A DNA stretch of 64,000 nt from an uncultured archaeon (GTDB lineage Archaea > Aenigmatarchaeota > Aenigmatarchaeia > QMZP01): assembly GCA_964555875.1 (NCBI GenBank), contig CAZKUD010000003.1, positions 14,659-78,658 on the forward strand, written 5' to 3'. The position numbers and the translations under genes were made by a program. The notes below the pieces were generated by a model that was not told the origin of the DNA, searched no databases, and saw nothing but the letters and a program-made list of their open reading frames with translations. This document shows, piece by piece, positions 18,907 to 27,557 of the stretch (within the stretch, counting starts at the first letter, position 1; each line of letters begins with the position of its first letter).

Positions 18907-19677
18907 TCAACTGACCCTGAATTTCTCGACTTCCCTTATTCCCCTGACGTGTAGCATGTAGACCATCAGCGCCTTGAGTATATTGGCGCTGTAGCCCACG
19001 AGTTCGGAGAATGACGGGTGCCGGGATTCCTTCCCGTAATGGGTAGGTATGGGCCTTTCCGTTATTTTCAGGCCCTTTATCTTGAACTGTATGAGGATGT
19101 CTGTATCGAACTCGTATGCGTCAGAACATTTCTTGAAAGGGACCTGATTCAGGGCGGCGCACCTGTAGACCCTGAACCCGGAGTGGTACTCCGAGAGCTT
19201 CAGCTTCAGCACGAAGTTTTCGATTCCGGTGAGGAACTTGTTGCCAATCAGCTTGAAGACTGGCATGCCCCCCCTCCTTGGGTTGCCCTCCATCCTTGAA
19301 CCGAAGACCATATCTGATTTGTCGCTCTTTATGGCGTCCAGAAGTGTGGGTATCTTCTCTGGAGCGTACTGGGCATCGCCGTGGAGCATCACAACGTAAT
19401 CATATCCCCTGTCTATGGCATACTGGTAGGCCACCTTCTGCGTGCCGCCGTATCCCAGGTTTCTCTTGTTCTTCAGGACGGTCAGGTTTGACATCCCCTT
19501 CCTTTTCTTGTACTGTACCCCAACGAGGTATGTGCTGTCCTGGCTGTCGTTGTCTATTATGAATATTTCCTTCACGACGTCCTTTATCTCCTTGGGTATC
19601 CTGTCTATGACCAGCGGGAGGGTATGGGCCACGTTATAGGCAGGTATGAATATGGCCACCTTCTCCTTCCTTTTCAT
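18907..19677 (-). CDS. Glycosyltransferase family 2 (polyprenyl-phosphate glycosyltransferase type, pairs with GtrA)
   Basis: VAIFIPAYNVAHTL, IFIIDNDSQDST and MLHGDAQY. The start at 19677 gives an ATGA overlap with rfbH; the 5' extension to 19842 overlaps rfbH and is low-complexity. Confidence 0.75.
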   Translation of the reverse strand: MKRKEKVAIFIPAYNVAHTLPLVIDRIPKEIKDVVKEIFIIDNDSQDSTYLVGVQYKKRKGMSNLTVLKNKRNLGYGGTQKVAYQYAIDRGYDYVVMLHGDAQYAPEKIPTLLDAIKSDKSDMVFGSRMEGNPRRGGMPVFKLIGNKFLTGIENFVLKLKLSEYHSGFRVYRCAALNQVPFKKCSDAYEFDTDILIQFKIKGLKITERPIPTHYGKESRHPSFSELVGYSANILKALMVYMLHVRGIREVEKFRVS

Positions 19678-21014
19678 CGTCCTCCCCTCCTCGATTTCAG
19701 GAAGCTGCCTATTCTTTCTGCCATGTAATCCAGCATCTCTTCTGTGATGCCCGGGTATACCCCGACCCAGAAGGTATTGTTCATTATTTTGTCCGTTTTC
19801 TCCAGGCCGCCGACTGTCCTGTGCTCCACTCCATTGAAACATGGCTGCCTGGTTATATTGCCTGAGAAGAGCAGCCTTGTGGCAATCTTGTTATCCTCGA
19901 GGTAGCTGACGATATCGGTCCTTGAGAACGGCGCCCCATCCTTCACGGTTATTGGGAATCCGAACCAGCTGGGGTCCGAGTTCTCAGTTGGCTTTGCGAA
20001 GGACAGGAGATTTTCGTGCTCATTGAGCCTTGCGTGAAGGCCCTTCCAGTTCCTTTTTCTGGCATCCACGAACCCCGGGAGCTTCCGGAGCTGCTCGACC
20101 CCTATGGCAGCCTGCATGTCTGTCAGCTTTAGGTTGTATCCCCTGTGGGAGTATATGTATTTATGGTCATAACCGTATGGCAGGGTGCCGAGCTTCCATT
20201 TGAACCTCTTCTTGCAGGTATCGTCGTGGCCCGGCTCGCACCAGCAATCCCTGCCCCAGTCTCTGAAGGACTCTATCAGCCTCTTCAACTGTGTGTCGTT
20301 GGTCACCAGTGCGCCCCCCTCTCCCATGGTCATGTGGTGCGGGGGATAGAAGCTGCACGTGGATATGTGCCCGAAGGTGCCTGTGTGTTTTCCCTTGTAT
20401 TTGGAACCCAGGGCATCGCAGTTGTCCTCTATCAGCCACAGGCCGTGCTTCTTGCATACCCTGCCTACTGTATCAAGGTCGAAGGGGTTGCCAAGGGTGT
20501 GGGCCAGGAATATGGCCTTTGTCTTGTCAGTCACTGCCTCTTCAATCCTGCTGCAGTCGATGTTAAGTGTGTCCTGGTTCACATCAAGGAATACCGGCAC
20601 CAGGCCGTTCTGGATGATGGGATTAACGGTTGTGGGGAAAGCGCATGCCACTGTTATGACCTCATCTCCCGGCTTGAGATGCCTCTCCCCCAGCTTGGGG
20701 GACGTGAGGGCAGACACCGCAAGCAGGTTGGCGGATGAGCCTGAGTTGGTAAGGGAGCAGTACTTGGCTCCCAGGAATTCTGAGAACTCTTTCTCGAATC
20801 GCCTGGCGAATCTTCCGGATGTCAGCCAGAAATCGAGGGACGCCTCCATGAGCGATTTTATCTCCTCGGCATCATACACCCTACCAGAGTACTTTATGTA
20901 TGTCTTCCCTGGCTTGAAGCTTTCCCTTCTCTTGTGGACTGCCTCAAAGTGCCTTTCAGCTATCTTACGTGCCTCCTTTCTCAGGGACTCGTCTTCTGCT
21001 TTATTTTCCATCAT
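19674..21014 (-). CDS. rfbH: CDP-4-keto-6-deoxy-D-glucose 3-dehydrase (E1; RfbH/DdhC/AscC type, PMP- and Fe-S-dependent)
   Basis: DegT-fold protein in which SFYPPHHMTMGEGG carries His where aminotransferases have the PLP-Lys. The Cys pattern C-x57-C-x1-C-x7-C was counted directly (DNC...RDCWCEPGHDDTC). Confidence 0.8.
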   Translation of the reverse strand: MMENKAEDESLRKEARKIAERHFEAVHKRRESFKPGKTYIKYSGRVYDAEEIKSLMEASLDFWLTSGRFARRFEKEFSEFLGAKYCSLTNSGSSANLLAVSALTSPKLGERHLKPGDEVITVACAFPTTVNPIIQNGLVPVFLDVNQDTLNIDCSRIEEAVTDKTKAIFLAHTLGNPFDLDTVGRVCKKHGLWLIEDNCDALGSKYKGKHTGTFGHISTCSFYPPHHMTMGEGGALVTNDTQLKRLIESFRDWGRDCWCEPGHDDTCKKRFKWKLGTLPYGYDHKYIYSHRGYNLKLTDMQAAIGVEQLRKLPGFVDARKRNWKGLHARLNEHENLLSFAKPTENSDPSWFGFPITVKDGAPFSRTDIVSYLEDNKIATRLLFSGNITRQPCFNGVEHRTVGGLEKTDKIMNNTFWVGVYPGITEEMLDYMAERIGSFLKSRRGGR

Positions 21015-22122
21015 TATCTAAAGTCTCCATGTAATTATCTATCTCCTTCTCCGTGGCCTCCCTCAGGCCGTCTCCCTTCTGGCTCCCATAATACCTCTTG
21101 TACCAGTCCACCGTTCTCTTAACAGTGTCATTTATACCGTACACTGGCTTCCAGCCAAGGGCGGAACACGCCTTCTCTATGTTGAGTTTGAGCAGTTTGG
21201 CCTCATGGGGCTTTCTGGAACCATCTACCGTATATTCCCCCCTGCCCCAATGCTTTATCAAGAGCTTGACCAGTTCCTCCACTGGTATTATGTTGCTGTC
21301 GTTTGGCCCGAAATTCCATGCCCCGCAGTATTTCGCCCCCCCTTTTCTCATCAGGGCGCCAAGCAGGAGGTAACCACAGAGCGGGTCAAGGATATATTGC
21401 CATGGCCTCACTGCACCAGGGGACCGGATGCTTATGGGCTCGCCCTTTGATATGGCCCTTATGCAGTCAGGAACTATTCTGTCAATTCCCCAGTCGCCCC
21501 CTCCTATGACATTGCCGGCCCTGACAGAAGAAAGGGCGACCTTGTTGGAGCTGTCCCCGTCACGCTGGCTGAAAAAGGACCTCCTGTATGCGCTTGTAAC
21601 CAGCTCTGCACAGCCCTTGCTGCAGCTGTACGGGTCGTATCCGCCCATAGGGTCGGTCTCCCTGTAGCCTCTGTCACATTCCATGTTCTCGTAGCACTTG
21701 TCGCTGGTAACATTCACACAAACCTTGGTGCTGCCAGACTTTCTGACACATTCCAGCACATTGATGGTTCCCATCACGTTCGTCTCGAATGTTAGCTTGG
21801 GCTCCTGGTAGGACGGCCTCACGAGTGATTGGGCAGCCATGTGGAAGACGAATTCAGGACAGTGTTCACTGAAAACGGACGCTAGCCTGCCCTCGTCCCT
21901 CACATCCCCCTTTATGTGGGTGACCAGATCATCAAGCCCTATGGAATCGAAGAGGTTGGGGATGCTAGGCGGCTCTAGGGAATATCCTATTACCTCAGCT
22001 CCCATGCGGTTGAGCCAGAGGGAGAGCCAGCTGCCCTTGAACCCCGTATGCCCAGTAACGAGCACCTTCTTTCCGCCGTAAGCTTCCCGCAGGGCTTCAG
22101 CCGTGCTTGATCTTCCAGTCAT
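21001..22122 (-). CDS. rfbG: CDP-glucose 4,6-dehydratase
   Basis: KKVLVTGHTGFKGSWLSLWL, a YSCSKGCAE (YxxxK) motif and about 370 aa, all typical of RfbG/DdhB. Confidence 0.85.
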   Translation of the reverse strand: MTGRSSTAEALREAYGGKKVLVTGHTGFKGSWLSLWLNRMGAEVIGYSLEPPSIPNLFDSIGLDDLVTHIKGDVRDEGRLASVFSEHCPEFVFHMAAQSLVRPSYQEPKLTFETNVMGTINVLECVRKSGSTKVCVNVTSDKCYENMECDRGYRETDPMGGYDPYSCSKGCAELVTSAYRRSFFSQRDGDSSNKVALSSVRAGNVIGGGDWGIDRIVPDCIRAISKGEPISIRSPGAVRPWQYILDPLCGYLLLGALMRKGGAKYCGAWNFGPNDSNIIPVEELVKLLIKHWGRGEYTVDGSRKPHEAKLLKLNIEKACSALGWKPVYGINDTVKRTVDWYKRYYGSQKGDGLREATEKEIDNYMETLDNDGK

Positions 22123-22555
22123 ATGGTATCTTATCCGTGTTCGGATCCATCCTCTTTATTTCATCAGGGTCGTGTGGTATGGTGGCGCAGTTGGCCACTA
22201 TCGAGGTTTCGTCGCCGACTCCCCTGAAGCCGTTCCAGACCATCGGGGGCACCTTCACCAGGCAATAGTTGTCCTGGCCCATGACAATCTCCATTATGTT
22301 TCCCTTGGTAGGCGAACCTTCCCTGGCATCATACAACACGAGTTTTATGTTGCCCTTGATTACCGCATAGTTGAGGGTCATCTTCTCATGTATGTGCCAT
22401 CCCTTCACGACGCCGGGATGGACAGAAGAGAAGTATATCTCCCCGAATTTCTCAAAGATGGGGTCATCGCTCCTGAGCATATGGTATATGCATCCCCGCT
22501 CGTCCTGTATCTTCTTCAGGGGCTTCACGACCACTCCTTCTATTGTGCTTTTCAT
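22097..22555 (-). CDS. RmlC-like cupin, NDP-4-keto-6-deoxyhexose 3,5- or 5-epimerase family
   Basis: 152 aa with DERGCIYHM and GWHIHEKMTLNYAVIKG (cupin His). The start at 22555 gives an ATGA overlap. The ORF-track extension to 22708 is rejected. Confidence 0.65.
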   Translation of the reverse strand: MKSTIEGVVVKPLKKIQDERGCIYHMLRSDDPIFEKFGEIYFSSVHPGVVKGWHIHEKMTLNYAVIKGNIKLVLYDAREGSPTKGNIMEIVMGQDNYCLVKVPPMVWNGFRGVGDETSIVANCATIPHDPDEIKRMDPNTDKIPYDWKIKHG

Positions 22556-23499
22556 TTCCCTCCCCCTTTCTTGTACCAGTCTATGGTCAGCTTCAGGCCT
22601 GTTTCCAGGACCATGTTCTTGGGATGCCACCCCAGCATCCTCTCCGCCTTGCTTATGTCGGCGCAGCAGAGCCATACCTCGTTGCTCCTGTGCTCCAGAG
22701 CATCCCACTGGGGATTGCCAGAACCCACTATCTCCCTTATCTTGTTGACCACGTCCTTCACGCTCACGGCCTTTCCTGTTCCTATGTTGAAAACCTCATG
22801 CCTGCTTGGGAATTTCCGGGACGATAGCAGCTTCATGTAAGCATCAACTATGTCCTCCACGTACACGAAATCCCATTTTTGCTTTCCTGTTGTCATTTTT
22901 TGGGTTTCCCCATCCATCATGCTCCTTATGGAGTGGGGTATTAGCTTCCTTTTGTGGTCGGCTGGCCCGTAAGGGGGGAACAGCCTGAGGGTGACAGCAC
23001 GCAGGCTTCCGTTCTTGGTATAGAAGTCACAGGCCTGCTCAGCGTATATCTTTGTGAGCGCATAAAGGTTCACCGGTTCCAGCTCTGATTCCTCTGTGAG
23101 CTTCCCGTCGCTTGCCTTGTATACGAAAGCCGTGCTGGTGTTGACAAAGAGCCTGGTTCCATGCTCCCTGGATGCTTCCAGGAGGTTTATGGCGCCTGTT
23201 GTGTTGGCGCCCATCATGGACTTTATTTCATCTGACCTATGATTGACAGCATAGTAGGTTGCAAGATGGAAGACTGCGTCCGGCCTGAAATCAGAGAATG
23301 CGGAAGAAACGCCGCCAGTGTCGCTCAGGTTTGCGTCATATGCCTTTATCTTGCTGATGCTGTCCTCTATGCGCCAGGTATCTGATTCAGTCCTCTTTAT
23401 TATGCCAACCTCAAAACCGTCTTTCAGCAACCTCTTCACCAGATGGGAGCCTATGAAGCCGGTGGCTCCCGTTATCATCACTCTTTTCATCTCAGTCAT
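22552..23499 (-). CDS. NAD(P)-dependent nucleotide-sugar reductase/epimerase (extended SDR); candidate CDP-4-keto-3,6-dideoxyhexose 4-reductase
   Basis: VMITGATGFIGSHL and YALTKIYAE (YxxxK). It sits between rfbF and the cupin epimerase. ATGA overlap at 23496-23499. Confidence 0.7.
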   Translation of the reverse strand: MTEMKRVMITGATGFIGSHLVKRLLKDGFEVGIIKRTESDTWRIEDSISKIKAYDANLSDTGGVSSAFSDFRPDAVFHLATYYAVNHRSDEIKSMMGANTTGAINLLEASREHGTRLFVNTSTAFVYKASDGKLTEESELEPVNLYALTKIYAEQACDFYTKNGSLRAVTLRLFPPYGPADHKRKLIPHSIRSMMDGETQKMTTGKQKWDFVYVEDIVDAYMKLLSSRKFPSRHEVFNIGTGKAVSVKDVVNKIREIVGSGNPQWDALEHRSNEVWLCCADISKAERMLGWHPKNMVLETGLKLTIDWYKKGGGK

Positions 23500-24275
23500 C
23501 CCCATGTCTTCCAGAAAGCCTTTTTATTGTTCCATAGGGTGTTGAGGAAAACCATGTCCCTATAGGTATCCATGCAGCCCCACTGCCCCCTGTGGACATG
23601 CACCATGAGCTGGCCCTCTTTTGCTAGCTTTTCAAGGGGGCCCATCTCGAAATCACAGTTCTTTTCCAGGGACAGATAATCGAATATCTTCCTGTTGAAC
23701 ACGAAGAACCCACCGTTTATCAGGCCCTCCGAAAGCTGGGGTTTTTCTGTGAAGGACACCACCTTGTCCCCGCTTATCACCATCTCTCCGAACCTGGAGG
23801 GCGGCCTGACACCCGTGACTGTCCCTATCTTGCCGTGCTTTTTGTGGAATTCTAGAAGCTCCTTTATGTTTACGTTGGCCACCCCGTCCCCGTATGTCAG
23901 CATGAACGTGTCCCCGTCTATGTATTTTTCTATCTGCTTTATCCTGGAGCCCTTCAGGTTGGCTTCTCCAGTGTCGGCAAGCGTGACTTTCCAGTCCCCC
24001 TCGCCATGGTTCCTGTGTATTTCTATCTTGTTGTGGTCTCCCAGCTCTATTGTGAAGTCGTTCTTCAGGACGCCGTAATTGTAGAAATATTCCTTTATCT
24101 TCTCGCCCTTGAATCCCAGGCAGAGGACGAAATCTTTGAATCCGTAGTTGGAATACGTCTTCATTATGTGCCAGAGCATGGGCTTTCCCCCTATCTCTAC
24201 CATGGGTTTTGGCTTGGATTCTGTCTCTTCCTTTAGCCTGGTGCCTGTTCCGCCGCATAGGATAACGACTTTCAT
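23496..24275 (-). CDS. rfbF: Glucose-1-phosphate cytidylyltransferase
   Basis: MKVVILCGGTGTRLKEETESKPKPMVEIGGKPMLWHIMK matches the RfbF/DdhA N-terminus nearly canonically; 259 aa. Confidence 0.85.
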   Translation of the reverse strand: MKVVILCGGTGTRLKEETESKPKPMVEIGGKPMLWHIMKTYSNYGFKDFVLCLGFKGEKIKEYFYNYGVLKNDFTIELGDHNKIEIHRNHGEGDWKVTLADTGEANLKGSRIKQIEKYIDGDTFMLTYGDGVANVNIKELLEFHKKHGKIGTVTGVRPPSRFGEMVISGDKVVSFTEKPQLSEGLINGGFFVFNRKIFDYLSLEKNCDFEMGPLEKLAKEGQLMVHVHRGQWGCMDTYRDMVFLNTLWNNKKAFWKTWG

Positions 24276-25084
24276 AATTTACTCCGAACCTCAGGCTTTT
24301 TATAAGTTTGCCTAATTTGCTTCTTGGCCTTTATTAATAAACCGACGCTTGTCCCGGAATTCTTGAAGAGGGCGTTATCAAGCTTTATGATTCCTGCAAC
24401 CGCCCTTTGGAGTGTCCCCGGGGCGGCCTTTCTTCCCGATATCATGGGCTTGCCTGGCCTCGATCTGTTAGTGGGATCGGGCTTGACTGACCTGGATAGG
24501 ATAAAAGAAAGGTAGTTCTCTAAGAGGCCCGCAAGATAATGGTTCAGGTATTCCATCTTTTCTATACTGAATCCTGCCCCCTCTATGATGCATGTGAGCA
24601 GCTCCCTGCTGTACAGCCTTAGGTGACCGAATCCCCACATGCCAATGGGCAGGTGCGCCCCAAGGGGCCTCAAGAAGCCGTTGACGGGGTCGTATGTCCA
24701 GGGGTATCTTGAATGGGGCACGGAAAGGACAAGATTCCCCCCATCCTTCAGGACCCTGAATATCTCAGATACCACTTTCTTGTCGTCCCTTATGTGTTCC
24801 AAGACATCCATACAGATTACGGCATCAAAGGAGTTGTCCCTGAAGGGAAGTTCCTCTCCCCCTGAAATTGCATAGTGGTTGTTGCCGCCACTGCCCAGTT
24901 TTGCAGACATGATATCGCTCCTGTTTATGTCCACCCCCACAGTACGGCTGAACATGGCAGACAGTGTCCTGTCGTATTCCCCGTCGCCGCAGCCCACGTT
25001 TAGCACAGTCCTTCCTTTGCCTATGTTTTCCATGGCTGTTTTCATCCTGTTGAAATAGCTGGGAGCTAAGGTCTTGATGGACAT
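24272..25084 (-). CDS. Class I SAM-dependent methyltransferase
   Basis: Motif I VLNVGCGDGEY and motif post-II FDAVICMDVLEHI. ATGA overlap with rfbF. Confidence 0.7.
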   Translation of the reverse strand: MSIKTLAPSYFNRMKTAMENIGKGRTVLNVGCGDGEYDRTLSAMFSRTVGVDINRSDIMSAKLGSGGNNHYAISGGEELPFRDNSFDAVICMDVLEHIRDDKKVVSEIFRVLKDGGNLVLSVPHSRYPWTYDPVNGFLRPLGAHLPIGMWGFGHLRLYSRELLTCIIEGAGFSIEKMEYLNHYLAGLLENYLSFILSRSVKPDPTNRSRPGKPMISGRKAAPGTLQRAVAGIIKLDNALFKNSGTSVGLLIKAKKQIRQTYKKPEVRSKL

Positions 25085-25091
25085 GGCAATC

Positions 25092-25808
25092 TTAAATGTT
25101 ATTCCGTATGTTTTTCCAGGTGCTGGTTTCTTCCTTTACTTTTCTGTCTTTCTTGCCCTGGCGTTTCCTTATCATCCAGAAGATCCAGAAGAGAGGTATG
25201 TATACGCCGTAAAAATACATGAAGTATTGAAGAAGGTCCAGAACGCCGAGCACATAAAGCACAGGGAGAAACATGTTCGCAAGGGTTATGTCATAGGCAA
25301 ATTTGGCCACACGCCCCGATTTCTTTTCCCTTCTAAGGGCCATGTGCTCTGCCCTGAGCTCGTGGAGCCTTAGCATCATCATGAATACCGAGGCAGATAT
25401 GCCCAGGAGCAGAAGTATCAAGCTGCCGCCCCTGAGGAACAGGCCAAGGCCTATGAAGATGTGGACGAAGTAGTACATGTCGTGACCCGCTATGTCAAGC
25501 AGCCTGCCATAGTAGGTTGGTCCGTGGTACCTGGCCAGCTCTCCGTCAACATGGTCGAAGACGTAGGCCACATTGAGCAGGATGGCACTCACGACTATGT
25601 TCCACCAACTGCCGCTCACAAGGAACGGGAAGAAGGAAGAGGCCATGAATATCAGCTGTATCACTGTGGCGGTGTTCGGGGCTATCCCCATAATGAGGAA
25701 GAGCTTTGTAACGTATATGGACACTTTCCTCATTACCCGCGTGTACAGGAATTCCTTCCCCAGTTCAGGGGGCTGGCATATTTTTCTGAGTTCCTTTATA
25801 GACTCCAT
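25092..25808 (-). CDS. CDP-alcohol phosphatidyltransferase-family membrane protein
   Basis: The signature D-x2-D-G-x2-A-R-x8-G-x3-D-x3-D is present as DHVDGELARYHGPTYYGRLLDIAGHD. Multi-TM, 238 aa. Confidence 0.75.
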   Translation of the reverse strand: MESIKELRKICQPPELGKEFLYTRVMRKVSIYVTKLFLIMGIAPNTATVIQLIFMASSFFPFLVSGSWWNIVVSAILLNVAYVFDHVDGELARYHGPTYYGRLLDIAGHDMYYFVHIFIGLGLFLRGGSLILLLLGISASVFMMMLRLHELRAEHMALRREKKSGRVAKFAYDITLANMFLPVLYVLGVLDLLQYFMYFYGVYIPLFWIFWMIRKRQGKKDRKVKEETSTWKNIRNNI

Positions 25809-27557
25809 TCAATCACCTTCCAGGCAATCGGTCCTGAATATCATTGACACCGGGACACCCCCTGCCGCGACAGAGTAAAGAGGCTCGCATCCTTCCATGT
25901 AGCTAGCCATCTCAACGGCATTGTAGGGCTCTGATGTGGAGGAGGAATCTACTATGCTTCTCCTGTTCAGGATGACGTAATAGTCTGCCCCCTCTTTCTC
26001 TGTTGAAATTATTATATCATTCCTTAAAATTCCTTCTTGGTCGAATATGGCAAGGTTGAGCCCTCTCGAGTCCAGGTCCGAAGAGGGCACCCTCTCCCCT
26101 ATCTGCCCTATGTCTCCATGTTTGTATGCATTGAATATGTTCCAGGCCATTGGCACATGGACAACTGCTTTCTCTTCCAGGTTGCTGTTCATCCAGGGAA
26201 CAAGATGCAGATACGATTCTCCCCAATAGTCGAGTTCAAATCCGGCCGCATATGCCCCCCCTGTGCCGCCCACAATTTCACTGTAATAGCTCACCATGTT
26301 GGGCATGCCACCAGCAAGGGGAATGACGGCAGAAGCCGCTATTATGGCTGCGAGGATGGCTGCTATATGTATCTTGTGCCCATATTTGTCTGACAATAGG
26401 CTGATGATTCTGTCTGCACCGATGCCGGATATCATTGCCACAAAGGGGAATATCGGCACGAACAATCTAACGACATCGTGGGGATCACCGAATGGAGTAG
26501 AAAAGAACGCCAATAAGAGGAATGCGCACAGGAAAGGCAACATGAATGCCCTGTCTTTTAGGGACACCGTATTCTTCAGCCCGAAGTATGTGCCCGCGAG
26601 CGCCAGTATCAGTATCGCTGCAGGCATGGTGACAGAAGACATGACCCATGGATAGTGCCAGGGGGGGCTCTGGAATATCTGCCCCAGGTAATAGACCGGA
26701 ACATGTATGTTGGCTGACTGGTTGGAGTAAAACCCGAAGTAATCTAGTAGCCTGGGAACAGTGTCCTTCCAGAGCCATGGCCAGGCAGCTATGAGCACCA
26801 GCGGCGTAAGCATTATGGAGGAATACGCAACAAGCGGTACTCTCCTTAGGGCCGCCACCATATTAGAGTGTTTTATCTTCCTGGCGGCGGGAACCAGCCT
26901 GTCCCTGTAGCTTATCAGCAGCCAGAGGGGTATGGCAACGAACAGTATGTATGCCTGTATCTTGCTTGCGAGTGCAAGTCCCATCATGACTCCCGTAAGG
27001 AGACCGAACCTCCAGTCACGGAGCCCCTTCCAGAAGAAATAAGATGCTATCAGCATCATTATGGCGGCTGTCACGTCAAGCGTCATGTAATGGGAGTGTG
27101 AAAAGAACCTCGGCATGAATATCAGGGACAAAGACGCGAAGGTGCCTGCCCTAATGCTGTATGCCTCTGATGTGAAGAGGAACAGCACAAAAACGCCTAT
27201 TGCCACCAGCAGCATGATGGCAATCCGGTGAGCCGCCACGGAGGACCAGAAATCAAGCTGTTGCCCGTTGAGGAAGAAAGTAATTGCCCAGGTGAAACCT
27301 GAGATGGTCTGGGCCAGTCTGGGTCTGTTATGCCAGCATCTTCCCCATCCGTCTCCCTCGGGCACATGATCTATGGTGCACATCTCCATTGGGGGGTTAC
27401 CTGTGGCCCAGGAATATATCGAATGCATCCTGACCTTTGATGCCGCAAGGTATCTGGTCTCATCCCATACCAGACCAGTCGTGTCTATCGTGGACACTGA
27501 AAGCGCCAAGTACAGAAGTACCAGTAATATGCCTAAAAGGTAAATGTTCTTGTTCAT
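25809..27557 (-). CDS. GT-C fold membrane glycosyltransferase (ArnT/PMT-like), third copy in window
   Basis: 582 aa with a multi-TM core and a C-terminal soluble domain. An early loop holds the acidic motif VWDETRY (a DE-type motif typical of GT-C enzymes). Confidence 0.6.
   Translation of the reverse strand: MNKNIYLLGILLVLLYLALSVSTIDTTGLVWDETRYLAASKVRMHSIYSWATGNPPMEMCTIDHVPEGDGWGRCWHNRPRLAQTISGFTWAITFFLNGQQLDFWSSVAAHRIAIMLLVAIGVFVLFLFTSEAYSIRAGTFASLSLIFMPRFFSHSHYMTLDVTAAIMMLIASYFFWKGLRDWRFGLLTGVMMGLALASKIQAYILFVAIPLWLLISYRDRLVPAARKIKHSNMVAALRRVPLVAYSSIMLTPLVLIAAWPWLWKDTVPRLLDYFGFYSNQSANIHVPVYYLGQIFQSPPWHYPWVMSSVTMPAAILILALAGTYFGLKNTVSLKDRAFMLPFLCAFLLLAFFSTPFGDPHDVVRLFVPIFPFVAMISGIGADRIISLLSDKYGHKIHIAAILAAIIAASAVIPLAGGMPNMVSYYSEIVGGTGGAYAAGFELDYWGESYLHLVPWMNSNLEEKAVVHVPMAWNIFNAYKHGDIGQIGERVPSSDLDSRGLNLAIFDQEGILRNDIIISTEKEGADYYVILNRRSIVDSSSTSEPYNAVEMASYMEGCEPLYSVAAGGVPVSMIFRTDCLEGD

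Noticed and set aside
22097-22555. Cupin protein considered as an HEPD/MpnS-type phosphonate dioxygenase
   Set aside because: At 152 aa it is far shorter than HEPD/MpnS (roughly 440 aa, double cupin). Its sequence follows the RmlC-like epimerase pattern, and it sits inside the CDP-sugar gene set.
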